NCBI GenBank assembly: GCA_043228905.1
Contig: JBHGNT010000145.1
Location: 2,664-66,663 of the forward strand
Direction of reading: 5' to 3'
DNA: 64,000 bases
DNA from: Azolla caroliniana
Lineage: Eukaryota > Plantae > Polypodiophyta
Part shown: positions 26,401-41,400 of the stretch, piece by piece
How the letters are laid out: each line of letters begins with the position of its first letter
Numbering within the stretch: the first letter of the stretch is position 1
Notes under the pieces: model-generated
The model's database searches: none
The model's input: only the letters and a program-made list of their open reading frames with translations
Told to the model about the DNA's origin: nothing
Translations under genes and position numbers: made by a program

Positions 26401-29400
26401 GATATCACACTCGCTAGGTATGAACATTTTAATTTACTCAAGGGCTCCTTTGAACTCCCTCCTCATGTTTGCTAATTTCGTCATGTCTCTCGACTTGAGT
26501 TTCAAATTCTTGATTTTTTAACTCCATATCATAGCTAGCGTTGTTAGCTTCGATTCGCATGTTTGAACACAAAAATCCGATATCACACGAGCCAGGTATG
26601 AACATTTTAATTTACTCAAGGCCTCCTTTGAACTCCCTCCTCATGTTTGCTAATTTCGTCCTGTCTCTCGACCTGAGTTTCAAAATCTTGATTTTTTAAT
26701 TCCATATCATAGCTAGCGTTGTTAGCTTCGATTCGCATGTTTGAACACAAAAATCCGATATCACACTCGCCAGGTATGAACATTTTAATTTACTCAAGGC
26801 CTCCTTTGAACTCTCTCCTCATGGTTGCTAATTTCGTCGTGTCTCTCGAACTGAGTTTCAAAATCTTGATTTTTTAATTCCATATTATCGATAGCGTTGT
26901 TAGCTTCGATTTGCATGTTTGAACACAAAAATCCGATATCACACGAGCCAGGTATGAACATTTTAATTTACTCAAGGCCTCCTTTGAACTCCCTCCTCAT
27001 GTTTGCTAATTTCGTCGTGTCTCTCGAACTGAGTTTCAAAATCTTGATTTTTTAATTCCATATCATAGCTAGCGTTGTTAGCTTCGATTCGCATGTTTGA
27101 ACACAAAAATCCGATATCACACGAGCCAGGTATGAACATTTTAATTTACTCAAGGCCTCCTCTGAACTCCCTCCTCATGGTTGCTAATTTCGTCGTGTCT
27201 CTCGACCTGAGTTTCATAATCTTTATTTTTTAATTCCATTTCATAGCTAGCATTGTTAGCTTCGATTCGCATGTTTGAACACAAAAATCCGATATCACAC
27301 GAGCCAGGTATGAACTATTTAATTTACTCAAGGCCTCCTTTGAACTCCCTCCTCATGTTTGCTAATTTCGTCATGTCTCTCGACCTGAGTTTCAAAATCT
27401 TGATTTTTTAATTCCATATCATAGCTAGCGTTGTTAGCTTCGATTCGCATGTTTGAACACAAAGATCCGATATCACACGAGCCATGTATGAACATTTTAA
27501 TTTACTCAAGGCCTCCTTTGAACTCCCTCCTCATGTTTGCTAATTTCGTCATGTCTCTCGACCTGAGTTTCAAAATCATGATTTTTTAATTCCATATTAT
27601 AGATAGCGTTGTTAGCTTCGATTCGCATGTTTGAACACAAAAATCCGATATCACACGAGCCAGGTATGAACATTTTAATTTACTCAAGGCCTCCTTTGAA
27701 CTCCCTCCTCAAATTTGTTAATTTCGTCATTTCTCTCGACCTGAGTTTCAAAATCTTGATTTTTTAACTCCATATCATAGCTAGCGTTGTTAGCTTCGAT
27801 TCGCATGTTTGAACACAAAAATGCGATATCACACTCGCCAGGTATGAACATTTTAATTTACTCAAGGCCTCCTTTGAACTCCCTCCTCATGTTTGCTAAT
27901 TTCGTCATGTCTCTCGACCTGAGTTTCGAAATCTTGATTTTTTAATTCCATATCATAGCTAGCGTTGTTAGGTTCGATTCGCATGTTTGAACACAAAAAT
28001 CCGATATCACACGAGCCAGATATGAACATTTTAATTTACCTACTAGCTCTTCCCAACTCCCTCCTCATGTTCGCTAATTTCGTCATGTCTCTCGACCTGA
28101 GTTTCAAAATCTTGATTTTTTAATTCCATATCATAGCTAGCGTTGTTAGCTTCGATTCGCATGTTAGAACACAAAAATCCGATATCACACGAGCTAGGTA
28201 TGAACATTTTAATTTACTCAAGGCCTCTTGTGAACTCCCTCCTCATGTTTGCTAATTTCGTCATGTCGCTCGACTTGAGTTTCAAAATATTGATTTTTTA
28301 ATTTCATATCATAGCTAGCGTTGTTAACTTCGATTCGTATGTTTGTACACAAAAATCCGATATCACACTAGCCAGATATGAACATTTTAAATTACCTACT
28401 AGCTCTTCGCAACTCACTCCTCAAACTTGGTAATTTCGTCATGTCTCTCGACCTGAGTTTCAAAATCTTGATTTATTAACTCCATATCATAGCTAGCGTT
28501 GTTAGCTTCGATTCCCATGTTTGAACACAAAAATCCGATATCACACTCGCAAGGTATGAACATTTTAATTTACTCAAGGCCTCCTCTGAACTCCCTCCTC
28601 ATGTTTGCAAATTTCGTCATGTCTCTCGACCTGAGTTTCAAAATCTTGATTTTTTAAATCCATATCATAGCTAGCGTTGTTAGCTTGGATTCGCATGTTT
28701 GAACACAAAAATCCAATATCACACGAGCCAGATATGAACATTTTAATTTACCTACTAGCTCTTCCCAACTCACTCCTCAAATTTGGTAATTTCGTCATGT
28801 CTCTCGACTTGAGTTTCAAAATCTTGATTTATTAACTCCATATCATAGCTAGCGTTGTTAGCTTCGATTCCCATGTTTGAACACAAAAATCCGATATCAC
28901 ACGAGCAAGGTATGAACATTTTAATTTACTCAAGGCCTCCTCTGAACTCCCTCCTCATGTTTGCAAATTTCGTGATGTCTCTCGACCTGAGTTTCAAAAT
29001 CTTGATTTTTTAAATCCATATCATAGCTAGCGTTGTTAGCTTCGATTCGCATGTTTGAACACAAAAATCCAATATCACACGAGCCAGATATGAACATTTT
29101 AATTTACCTACTAGCTCTTCCCAACTCACTCCTCAAATTTGGTAATTTCGTCATTTCTCTCGACCTGAGTTTCAAAATCTTGATTTTTTAACTCCATTTC
29201 ATAGCTAGCGTTGTTAGCTAATTTACTCAAGGCCTCCTCTGAACTCCCTCCTCATGTTTGCTAATTTCGTCATGTCTCTCGACGTGAGTTTCAAAATCTT
29301 GATTTTTTAATTACATATTATCGATAGCGTTGTTAGCTTCGATTTGCATGTTTGAACACAAAAATCCGATATCACACGAGCCAGGTATGAACTATTTAAT

Positions 29401-32400
29401 TTACTCAAGGCCTCCTCTGAACTCCCTCCTCATGTTTGCTAATTTCGTCATGTCTCTCGACCTCAGTTTCAAAATCTTGATTTTTTAATTCCATATCATA
29501 GCTAGCGTTGTTAGCTTCGATTCGCATGTTTGAACACAAAAATCCGATATCACACGAGCCAGGTATGAACTATTTAATTTACTCAAGGCCTCCTTTGAAC
29601 TCCCTCCTCATGTTTGCTAATTTCGTCATGTCTCTCGACCGGAGTTTCAAAATCTTGATTTTTTAATTCCATATCATAGCTAGCGTTGTTAGCTTCGATT
29701 CGCATGTTTGAACACAAAAATGCGATATCACACTCGCCAGGTATGAACATTTTAATTTACTCAAGGCCTCCTTTGAACTCCCTCCTCATGTTTGCTAATT
29801 TCGTCATGTCTCTCGACCTGAGTTTCAAAATCTTGATTTTTTAATTCCATATCATAGCTAGCGTTGTTAGGTTCGATTCGCATGTTTGAACACAAAAATC
29901 CGATATCACACGAGCCAGATATGAACATTTTAATTTACCTACTAGCTCTTCCCAACTCCCTCCTCATGTTCGCTAATTTCGTCATGTCTCTCGACCTGAG
30001 TTTCAAAATCTTGATTTTTTAATTCCATATCATAGCTAGCGTTGTTAGCTTCGATTCGCATGTTAGAACACAAAAATCCGATATCACACGAGCTAGGTAT
30101 GAACATTTTAATTTACTCAAGGCCTCTTGTGAACTCCCTCCTCATGTTTGCTAATTTCGTCATGTCGCTCGACTTGAGTTTCAAAATATTGATTTTTTAA
30201 TTTCATATCATAGCTAGCGTTGTTAACTTCGATTCGTATGTTTGTACACAAAAATCCGATATCACACTAGCCAGATATGAACATTTTAAATTACCTACTA
30301 GCTCTTCGCAACTCACTCCTCAAACTTGGTAATTTCGTCATGTCTCTCGACCTGAGTTTTAAAATCTTGATTTATTAACTCCATATCATAGCTAGCGTTG
30401 TTAGCTTCGATTCCCATGTTTGAACACAAAAATCCGATATCACACTCGCAAGGTATGAACATTTTAATTTACTCAAGGCCTCCTCTGAACTCCCTCCTCA
30501 TGTTTGCAAATTTCGTCATGTCTCTCGACCTGAGTTTCAAAATCTTGATTTTTTAAATCCATATCATAGCTAGCGTTGTTAGCTTGGATTCGCATGTTTG
30601 AACACAAAAATCCAATATCACACGAGCCAGATATGAACATTTTAATTTACCTACTAGCTCTTCCCAACTCACTCCTCAAATTTGGTAATTTCGTCATGTC
30701 TCTCGACTTGAGTTTCAAAATCTTGATTTATTAACTCCATATCATAGCTAGCGTTGTTAGCTTCGATTCCCATGTTTGAACACAAAAATCCGATATCACA
30801 CGAGCAAGGTATGAACATTTTAATTTACTCAAGGCCTCCTCTGAACTCCCTCCTCATGTTTGCAAATTTCGTGATGTCTCTCGACCTGAGTTTCAAAATC
30901 TTGATTTTTTAAATCCATATCATAGCTAGCGTTGTTAGCTTCGATTCGCATGTTTGAACACAAAAATCCAATATCACACGAGCCAGATATGAACATTTTA
31001 ATTTACCTACTAGCTCTTCCCAACTCACTCCTCAAATTTGGTAATTTCGTCATTTCTCTCGACCTGAGTTTCAAAATCTTGATTTTTTAACTCCATTTCA
31101 TAGCTAGCGTTGCTAGCTAATTTACTCAAGGCCTCCTCTGAACTCCCTCCTCATGTTTGCTAATTTCGTCATGTCTCTCGACGTGAGTTTCAAAATCTTG
31201 ATTTTTTAATTACATATTATCGATAGCGTTGTTAGCTTCGATTTGCATGTTTGAACACAAAAATCCGATATCACACGAGCCAGGTATGAACTATTTAATT
31301 TACTCAAGGCCTCCTCTGAACTCCCTCCTCATGTTTGCTAATTTCGTCATGTCTCTCGACCTCAGTTTCAAAATCTTGATTTTTTAATTCCATATCATAG
31401 CTAGCGTTGTTAGCTTCGATTCGCATGTTTGAACACAAAAATCCGATATCACACGAGCCAGGTATGAACTATTTAATTTACTCAAGGCCTCCTTTGAACT
31501 CCCTCCTCATGTTTGCTAATTTCGTCATGTCTCTCGACCGGAGTTTCAAAATCTTGATTTTTTAATTCCATATCATAGCTAGCGTTGTTAGCTTCGATTC
31601 GCATGTTTGAACACAAAAATCCGATATCACACGAGCCAGGTATGAACATTTTAATTTACCTACTAGCTCTTCCCAACTCACTCCTGAAATTTGGTAATTT
31701 CGTCATGTCTCTCGACCTGAGTTTCAAAATCTTGATTTTTTAATTCCATATCATAGCTAGCGTTGCTATCTTCGATTCGCATGTTTGAACACAAAAATCC
31801 AATATCACACGAGCTAGGTATGAACATTTTAATTTACTCAAGGCCTCCTCTGACCTCCCTCCTCATGTTTGCAAATTTCGTCATGTCTCTCGACCTGAGT
31901 TTCAAAATCTTGATTTTTTAATTCCATATCATAGCTAGCGTTGTTAGCTTCGATTCGCATGTTTGAACACAAAAATCCGATATCACACGAGCCAGGTATG
32001 AACTATTTAATTTACTCAAGGCCTCCTTTGAACTCCCTCCTCATGTTTGCTAATTTCGTCATGTCTCTCGACCGGAGTTTCAAAATCTTGATTTTTTAAC
32101 TCCATATCATAGCTAGCGTTGTTAGGTTCGATTCGCATGTTTGAACACAAAAATCCGATATCACACTCGCCAGATATGAACATTTTAATTTACTCAAGGC
32201 CTCCTCTGAACTCCCTCCTCATGGTTGCTAATTTCGTCGTGTCTCTCGACCTGAGTTTCATAATCTTGATTTTTTAATTCCATTTCATAGCTAGCGTTGT
32301 TAGCTTCGATTCGCATGTTTGAACACAAAAATCCGATATCACACGAGCCAGGTATGAACATTATAATTTACTCAAGGCCTCCTCTGAACTCCCTCCTCAT

Positions 32401-35400
32401 GTTTGCTAATTTCGTCATGTCTCTCGACCTGAGTTTCAAAATCTTGATTTTTTAATTCCATATTATTGATAGCGTTGTTAGCTTCGATTCGCATGTTTGA
32501 ACACAAAAATCCGATATCACACGAGCTAGGTATGAACATTTTAATTTACTCAAGTGCTCCTCTCAACTCACTCCTCAAATTTGCTAATTTCGTCATTTCT
32601 CTCGACCTGAGTTTCAAAATCTTGATTTTTTAACTCTAGATCATAGCTAGCGTTGTTAGCTTCGATTCGCATGTTTGAACACAAAAATCCGATATCACAC
32701 TCGCCAGGTATGAACATTTTAATTTACTGAAGGCCTCCTCTGAACTCCCTCCTCATGGTTGCTAATTTCGTCGTGTCTCTCGACCTGAGTTTCATAATCT
32801 TGATTTTTTAATTCCATTTCATAGCTAGCGTTGTTAGCTTCGATTCGCATGTTTGAACACAAAAATCCGATATCACACGAGCCATGTATGAACATTTTAA
32901 TTTAGTCAAGGCCTCCTTTGAACTCCCTCCTGAAATTTGGTAATTTCGTCATGTCTCTCGACCTGAGTTTCAAAATCTTGATTTTTTAATTCCATATTAT
33001 CGATAGCGTTGTTAGCTTCGATTCGCATGTTTGAACACAAAAATCCGATATCACACGAGCCAGGTATGAACTATTTAATTTACTCAAGACCTCCTTTGAA
33101 CTCCCTCCTCACGTTTGCTAATTTCGTCATGTCTCTCGACCTGAGTTTCAAAATCTTGATTTTTTAATTCCATATCATACCTAACGTTGTTAGCTTCGAT
33201 TCGCATGTTTGTACACAAAAATCCGATATCATACTCACTAGGTATGAACATTTTAATTTACTCAAGGGCTCCTCTGAACTCCCTCCTCATGTTAGCTTCG
33301 ATTCGCATGTTTGAACACAAAAATCCGATATCACACTCGCTAGGTATGAACATTTTAATTTACTCAAGGGCTCCTCTCAACTCACTCCTCAAATTTGCTA
33401 ATTTCGTCATTTCTCTCGACCTGAGTTTCAAAATCTTGATTTTTTAATTCCATATCATAGCTAGCGTTGTTAGCTTCGATTCGCATGTTGGAACACAAAA
33501 ATCCGATATCACACTCGCTAGGTATGAACATTTTAATTTACTCAAGGCCTCCTGTGAACTCCCTCCTCATGTTTGCTAATGTCGTCATGTCTCTCGACTT
33601 GAGTTTCAAAATCTTGATTTTTTAATTTCATATCATAGCTAGCGTTGTTAATTTCGATTCGTATGTTTGTACACAAAAATCCGATATCACACTCGCTAGG
33701 TATGAACATTTTAATTTACTCAAGGGCTCCTCTCAACTCACTCCTCAAATTTGCTAATTTCGTCATTTCTCTCGACCTGAGTTTCAAAATCTTGATTTTT
33801 TAACTCCATATCATAGCTAGCGTTGTTAGCTTCGATTCGCATGTTTGAACACAAAAATCCGATATCACACTCGCCAGGTATGAACATTTTAATTTACTCA
33901 AGGCCTCCTCTGAACTCCCTCCTCATGGTTGCTAATTTCGCCATGTCTCTCGACCTGAGTTTCAAAATCTTGATTTTTTAAATCCATATCATAGCTAGCG
34001 TTGTTAGCTTCGATTCGCATGTTTGAACACAAAAATCCAATATCACACGAGCCAGATATGAACATTTTAATTTACCTACTAGCTCTTCCCAACTCAGTCC
34101 TGAAATTTGGTAATTTCGTCATGTCTCTCGACCTGAGTTTCAAAATCTTGATTTTTTAATTCCATATCATAGCTAGCGTTGCTATCTTCGATTCGCATGT
34201 TTGAACACAAAAATCCAATATCACACGAGCTAGGTATGAACATTTTAATTTACTCAAGGCCTCCTCTGAACTCCCTCCTCATGTTTGCAAATTTTGTCAT
34301 GTCTCTCGACCTGAGTTTCAAAATCTTGATTTTTTAATTCCATATCATAGCTAACGTTGTTAGCTTCGATTCGCATGTTTGAACACAAAAATCCGATATC
34401 ACACGAGCCAGGTATGAACTATTTAATTTACTCAAGGCCTCCTTTGAACTCCCTCCTCATGTTTGCTAATTTCGTCATGTCTCTCGACCGGAGTTTCAAA
34501 ATCTTGATTTTTTAATTCCATATCATAGCTAGCGTTGTTAGCTTCGATTCGCATGTTTGAACACAAAAATCCGATATCACACGAGCCAGGTATGAACATT
34601 TTAATTTACTCAAGGCCTCCTTTGAACTCCCTCCTCATGTTTGCTAATTTCGTCGTGTCTCTCGAACTGAGTTTCAAAATCTTGATTTTTTAATTCCATA
34701 TTATCGATAGCGTTGTTAGCTTCGATTCGCATGTTTGAACACAAAAATCCGATATCACACTCGCTAGGTATGAACTATTTAATTTACTCCAGGCCTCCTT
34801 TGAACTCCCTCCTCATGTTTGCTAATTTCGTCATGTCTCTCGACCTGAGTTTCAAAATCTTGATTTTTTAATTCCATATCATAGCTAGCGTTGTTAGCTT
34901 CGATTCGCATGTTTCAACACAAAAATCCGATATCACACGAGCCAGGTATGAACTCTTTAATTTACTCAAGGCCTCCTTTGAACTCCCTCCTCATGTTTGC
35001 TAATTTCGTCATTTCTCTCGACCTGAGTTTCAAAATCTTGATTTTTTAACTCCATATCATAGCTAGCGTTGTTAGCTTCGATTCGCATGTTTGAACACAA
35101 AAATCCGATATCACACTCGCCAGGTATGAACATTTTAATTTACTGAAGGCCTCCTCTGAACTCCCTCCTCATGGTTGCTAATTTCGTCGTGTCTCTCGAC
35201 CTGAGTTTCATAATCTTGATTTTTTAATTCCATTTCATAGCTAGCGTTGTTATCTTCGATTCGCATGTTTGAACACAAAAATCCGATATCACACGAGCCA
35301 GGTATGAACATTTTAATTTACTCAAGGCCTCCTCTGAACTCCCTCCTCATGTTTGCTAATTTCGTCATGTCTCTCGACCTGAGTTTCAAAATCTTGATTT

Positions 35401-38400
35401 TTTAATTCCATATTATCGATAGCGTTGTTAGCTTCGATTTGCATGTTTGAACACAAAAATCCGATATCACACGAGCCAGGTATGAACTATTTAATTTACT
35501 CAAGGCCTCCTTTGAACTCCCTCCTCATGTTTGCTAATTTTGTCATGTCTCTCGACCTGAGTTTCGAAATCTTGATTTTTTAATTCCATATCATAGCTAG
35601 CGTTGTTAGCTTCGATTCGCATGTTTGAACACAAAAATCCGATATCACACGAGCCAGCTATGAACATTTTAATTTACTTAAGGCCTCCTTTGAAGTCACT
35701 CCTCATGTTTGCTAATTTCGTCATGTCTCTCGACCTGAGTTTCAAAATCTTGATTTTTTAATTCCATATCATACCTAACGTTGTTAGCTTCGATTCGCAT
35801 GTTTGTACACAAAAATCCGATATCATACTCGCTAGGTATGAACATTTTAATTTACTCAAGGGCTCCTCTCAACTCACTCCTCAAATTTGCTAATTTCGTC
35901 ATTTCTCTCGACCTGAGTTTCAAAATCTTGATTTTTTAACTCCATATCATAGCTAGCGTTGTTAGCTTCGATTCTCATGTTTGAACACAAAAATCCGATA
36001 TCACACGAGCCAGACATGAACATTTTAATTTACCTACTAGCTCTTCCCAACTCAGTCCTGAAATTTGGTAATTTCGTCATGTCTCTCGACCTGAGTTTCA
36101 AAATCTTGATTTTTTAATTCCATATCATAGCTAGCGTTGCTATCTTCGATTCGCATGTTTGAACACAAAAATCCAATATCACACGACCTAGGTATGAACA
36201 TTTTAATTTACTCAAGGCCTCCTCTGAACTCCCTCCTTATGTTTGCTAATTTCGTCATGTCTCTCGACCTGAGTTTCAAAATCTTGATTTTTTAATTCCA
36301 TATTATCGATAGCGTTGTTAGCTTCGATTCGCATGTTTGAACACAAAAATCCAATATCACACTCGCTAGGTATGAACATTTTAATTTACTCAAGGGCTCC
36401 TCTCAACTCACTCCTCAAATTTGGTAATTTCGTCATTTCTCTCGACCTGAGTTTCAAAATCTTGATTTTTTAATTCCATTTCATAGCTATCGTTGTTAGC
36501 TTCGATTCGCATGTTTGAACACAAAAATCCGATATCACACGAGCCAGGTATGAACATTTTAATTTACTCAAGGCCTCCTTTGAACTCCCTCCTCATGTTT
36601 GCTAATTTCGTCATGTCTCTCGACCTGAGTTTCAAAATCTTGATTTTTTAATTCCATATTATCGATAGCGTTGTAAGCTTCGATTGGCATGTTTGAACAC
36701 AAAAATCCGATATCACACGAGCCAGGTATGAACTATTTAATTTACTCAAGGCCTCCTTTGAACTCCCTCCTCATGTTTGCGAATTTCGTCATGTCTCTCG
36801 ACCTGAGTTTCAAAATCTTGATTTTTTAATTCCATAACATAGCTAGCGTTGTTAGCTTCGATTCGCATGTTTGAACACAAAAATCCGATATCACACTCGC
36901 TAGGTATGAACATTTTAATTTACTCAAGACCTCCTCTGAACTCCCTCCTCATGTTTGCTAATTTCGTCCCTGAGTTTCAAAATCTTGATTTTTTAATTCC
37001 ATATCATACCTAGCGTTGTTAGCTTCGATTCGCATGTTTGAACACAAAAATCCGATATCACACGAGCCAGGTATGAACATTTTAATTTACTCAAGGCCTC
37101 CTTTGAACTCCCTCCTGAAATTTGGTAATTTCGTCATGTCTCTCGACCTGAGTTTCAAAATCTTGATTTTTTAATTCCATATTATCGATAGCGTTGTTAG
37201 CTTCGATTCGCATGGTTGAACACAAAAATCCGATATCACACGAGCCAGGTATGAACTATTTAATTTACTCAAGACCTCCTTTGAACTCCCTCCTCATGTT
37301 TGCTAATTTCGTCATGTCTCTCGACCTGAGTTTCAAAATCTTGATTTTTTAATTCCATTTCATAGCTAGCGTTGTTAGCTTCGATTCGCATGTTTGAACA
37401 CAACAATCCGATATCACACGAGCCAGGTATGAACATTTTAATTTACTCAAGGCCTCCTCTGAACTCCCTCCTCATGGTTGCTAATTTCGTCGTGTCTCTC
37501 GACCTGAGTTTCATAATCTTGATTTTTTAATTCCATTTCATAGCTAGCGTTGTTAGCTTCGATTCGCATGTTTGAACACAAAAATCCGATATCACACGAG
37601 CCAGGTATGAACATTTTAATTTACTCAAGGGCTCCTCTCAACTCACTCCTCAAATTTGCTAATTTCGTCATTTTTCTCGACCTGAGATTCAAAATCTTGA
37701 TTTTTTAACTCCATATCATCGCTAGCGTTGTTAGCTTCGATTCGCATGTTTGAACACAAAAATCCGATATCACACTCGCCAGGTATGAACATTTTAATTT
37801 ACTCAAGGCCTCCTCTGAACTCCCTCCTCATGTTTGCTAATTTCGTCGTGTCTCTGGACCTGAGTTTCATAATCTTGATTTTTTAATTCCATTTCATAGC
37901 TAGCGTTGTTAGCTTCGATTCGCATGTTTGAACACAAAAATCCGATATCACACGAGCCAGGTATGAACATTTTAATTTACTCAAGGCCTCCTCTGAACTC
38001 CCTCCTCATGTTTGCTAATTTCGTCATGTCTCTCGACCTGAGTTTCAAAATCTTGATTTTTTAATTCCATATTATCGATTGCGTTGTTAGCTTCGATTCA
38101 CATGTTTGAACACAAAAATCCGATATCACACTCGCTAGGTATGAACATTTTAATTTACTCAAGGGCTTCTCTCAACTCACTCCTCAAATTTGCTAATTTC
38201 GTCATATCTCTGGACCTGAGTTTCAAAATCTTGATTTTTTAAATCCATATCATAGCTAGCGTTGTTAGCTTCGATTCGCATGTTTGAACACAAAAATCCA
38301 ATATCACACGAGCCAGATATGAACTTTTGAATTTACCTACTAGCTCTTCCCAACTCACTCCTCAAATTTGGTAATTTCGTCATGTCTCTCGACTTGAGTT

Positions 38401-41400
38401 TCAAAATCATGATTTTTTAATTCCATATCATAGCTAGCGTTGTTAGCTTCGATTCGCATGTTTGAACACAAAAATCCGATATCACACGAGACAGATATGA
38501 ACATTTTAATTTACCTACTAGCTCTTCCCAACTCACTCCTCAAATTTGGTAATTTCGTCCTGTCTCTCGACCTAGGTTTCAAAATCTTGATTTTTTAACT
38601 CCATATCATAGCTAGCGTTTTTAATTTCGATTCACATGTTTGAACACAGAAATCCGATATCACACTCGCCAGGTATGAACATTTTAATTTACTCAAGGCC
38701 TCCTCTGAACTCCCTCCTCATGTTTGCAAATTTCGTCATGTCTCTCTACTTGAGTTTCAAAATCATGATTTTTTAATTCCATATCATAGCTAGCGTTGTT
38801 AGGTTCGATTCGCATGTTTGAACACAAAAATCCGATATCACACGAGCCAGATATGAACATTTTAATTTACCTACTAGCTCTTCCCAACTCACTCCTGAAA
38901 TTTGGTAATTTCGTCATGTCTCTCGACCTGAGTTTCAAAATCTTGATTTTTTATTTCCATATCATAGCTAGCGTTGCTATCTTCGATTCGCATGTTTGAA
39001 CACAGAAATCCAATATCACACGAGCTAGGTATGAACATTTTAATTTACTCAAGGCCTCCTCTGAACTCCCTCCTTATGTTTGCTAATTTCGTCATGTCTC
39101 TCGACCTGAGTTTCAAAATCTTGATTTTTTAATTCCATATTATCGATAGCGTTGTTAGCTTCGATTCACATGTTTGAACACAAAAATCCGATATCACACT
39201 CACTAGGTATGAACATTTTAATTTACTCAAGGGCTCCTCTCAACTCACTCCTCAAATTTGGTAATTTTGTCATTTCTCTCGACCTAAGTTTCAAAATCTT
39301 GATTTTTTAACTCCATATCATAGCTAGCGTTGTTAGCTTCGATTCGCATGTTTGAACACAAAAATCCGATATCACACTCGCCAGGTATGAACATTTTAAT
39401 TTACTCAAGGCCTCCTCTGAACTCCCTCCTCATGGTTGCTAATTTCGTCGTGTCTCTCGACCTGAGTTTCATAATCTTGATTTTTTAATTCCATTTCATA
39501 GCTAGCGTTGTTAGCTTCGATTCGCATGTTTGAACACAAAAATCCGATATCACACGAGCCAGGTATGAACATTTTAATTTACTCAAGGGCTCCTCTCAAC
39601 TCACTCCTCAAATTTGCTAATTTCGTCATTTCTCTCGACCTGAGTTTCAAAATCTTGATTTTTTAACTCCATATCATAGCTAGCGTTGTTAGCTTCGATT
39701 CGCATGTTTGAACACAAAAATCCGATATCACACTCGCCAGGTATGAACATTTTAATTTACTCAAGGCCTCCTCTGAAATCCCTCCTCATGGTTGCTAATT
39801 TCGTCGTGTCTCTGGACCTGAGTTTCATAATCTTGATTTTTTAATTCCATTTCATAGCTAGCGTTGTTAGCTTCGATTCGCATGTTTGAACACAAAAATC
39901 CGATATCACACGAGCCAGGTATGAACATTTTAATTTACTCAAGGCCTCCTCTGAACTCCCTCCTCATGTTTGCTAATTTCGTCATGTCTCTCGACGTGAG
40001 TTTCAAAATCTTGATTTTTTAATTCCATATTATCGATAGCGTTGTTAGCTTCGATTTGCATGTTTGAACACAAAAATCCGATATCACACGAGCCAGGTAT
40101 GAACTATTTAATTTACTCAAGGCCTCCTTTGAACTCCCTCCTCATGTTTGCTAATTTCGTCATGTCTCTCGACCTGAGTTTCAAAATCTTGATTTTTTAA
40201 TTCCATATCATAGCTAGCGTTGTTAGCTTCGATTCGCATGTTTGAACACAAAAATCCGATATCACACTCGCTAGGTATGAACATTTTAATTTACTCAAGA
40301 CCTCCTCTGAACTCCCTCCTCATGTTTGCTAATTTCGTCCCTGAGTTTCAAAATCTTGATTTTTTAATTCCATATCATACCTAGCGTTGTTAGCTTCGAT
40401 TCGCCTGTTTGAACACAAAAATCCGATATCACACGAGCCAGGTATGAACATTTTAATTTACTCAAGGCCTCCTTTGAACTCCCTCCTGAAATTTGGTAAT
40501 TTCGTCATGTCTCTCGACCTGAGTTTCAAAATCTTGATTTTTTAATTCCATATTATCGATAGCGTTGTTAGCTTCGATTCGCATGTTTGAACACAAAAAT
40601 CCGATATCACACGAGCCAGGTATGAACTATTTAATTTACTCAAGACCTCCTTTGAACTCCCTCCTCATGTTTGCTAATTTCGTCATGTCTCTCGACCTGA
40701 GTTTCAAAATCTTGATTTTTTAATTCCATTTCATAGCTAGCGTTGTTAGCTTCGATTCGCATGTTTGAACACAAAAATCCGATATCACACGAGCCAGGTA
40801 TGAACATTTTAATTTACTCAAGGGCTCCTCTCAACTCACTCCTCAAATTTGCTAATTTCGTCATTTCTCTCGACCTGAGTTTCAAAATCTTGATTTTTTA
40901 ACTCCATATCATAGGTAGCGTTGTTAGCTTCGATTCGCATGTTTGAACACAAAAATCCGATATCACACTCGCCAGGTATGAACATTTTAATTTACTCAAG
41001 GCCTCCTCTGAACTCCCTCCTCATGGTTGCTAATTTCGTCGTGTCTCTGGACCTGAGTTTCATAATCTTGATTTTTTAATTCCATATCATAGCTAGCGTC
41101 GCTATCTTCGATTCGCATGTTTGAACACAAAAATCCAATATCACACGAGCTAGGTATGAACATTTTAATTTACTCAAGGCCTCCTCTGAACTCCCTCCTT
41201 ATGTTTGCTAATTTCGTCATGTCTCTCGACCTGAGTTTCAAAATCTTGATTTTTTAATTCCATATTATCGATAGCGTTGTTAGCTTCGATTCGCATGTTT
41301 GAACACAAAAATCCGATATCACACCCGCCAGGTATGAACATTTTAATTTACTCAAGGGCTCCTCTCAACTCACTCCTCAAATTTGGTAATTTCGTCGTGT

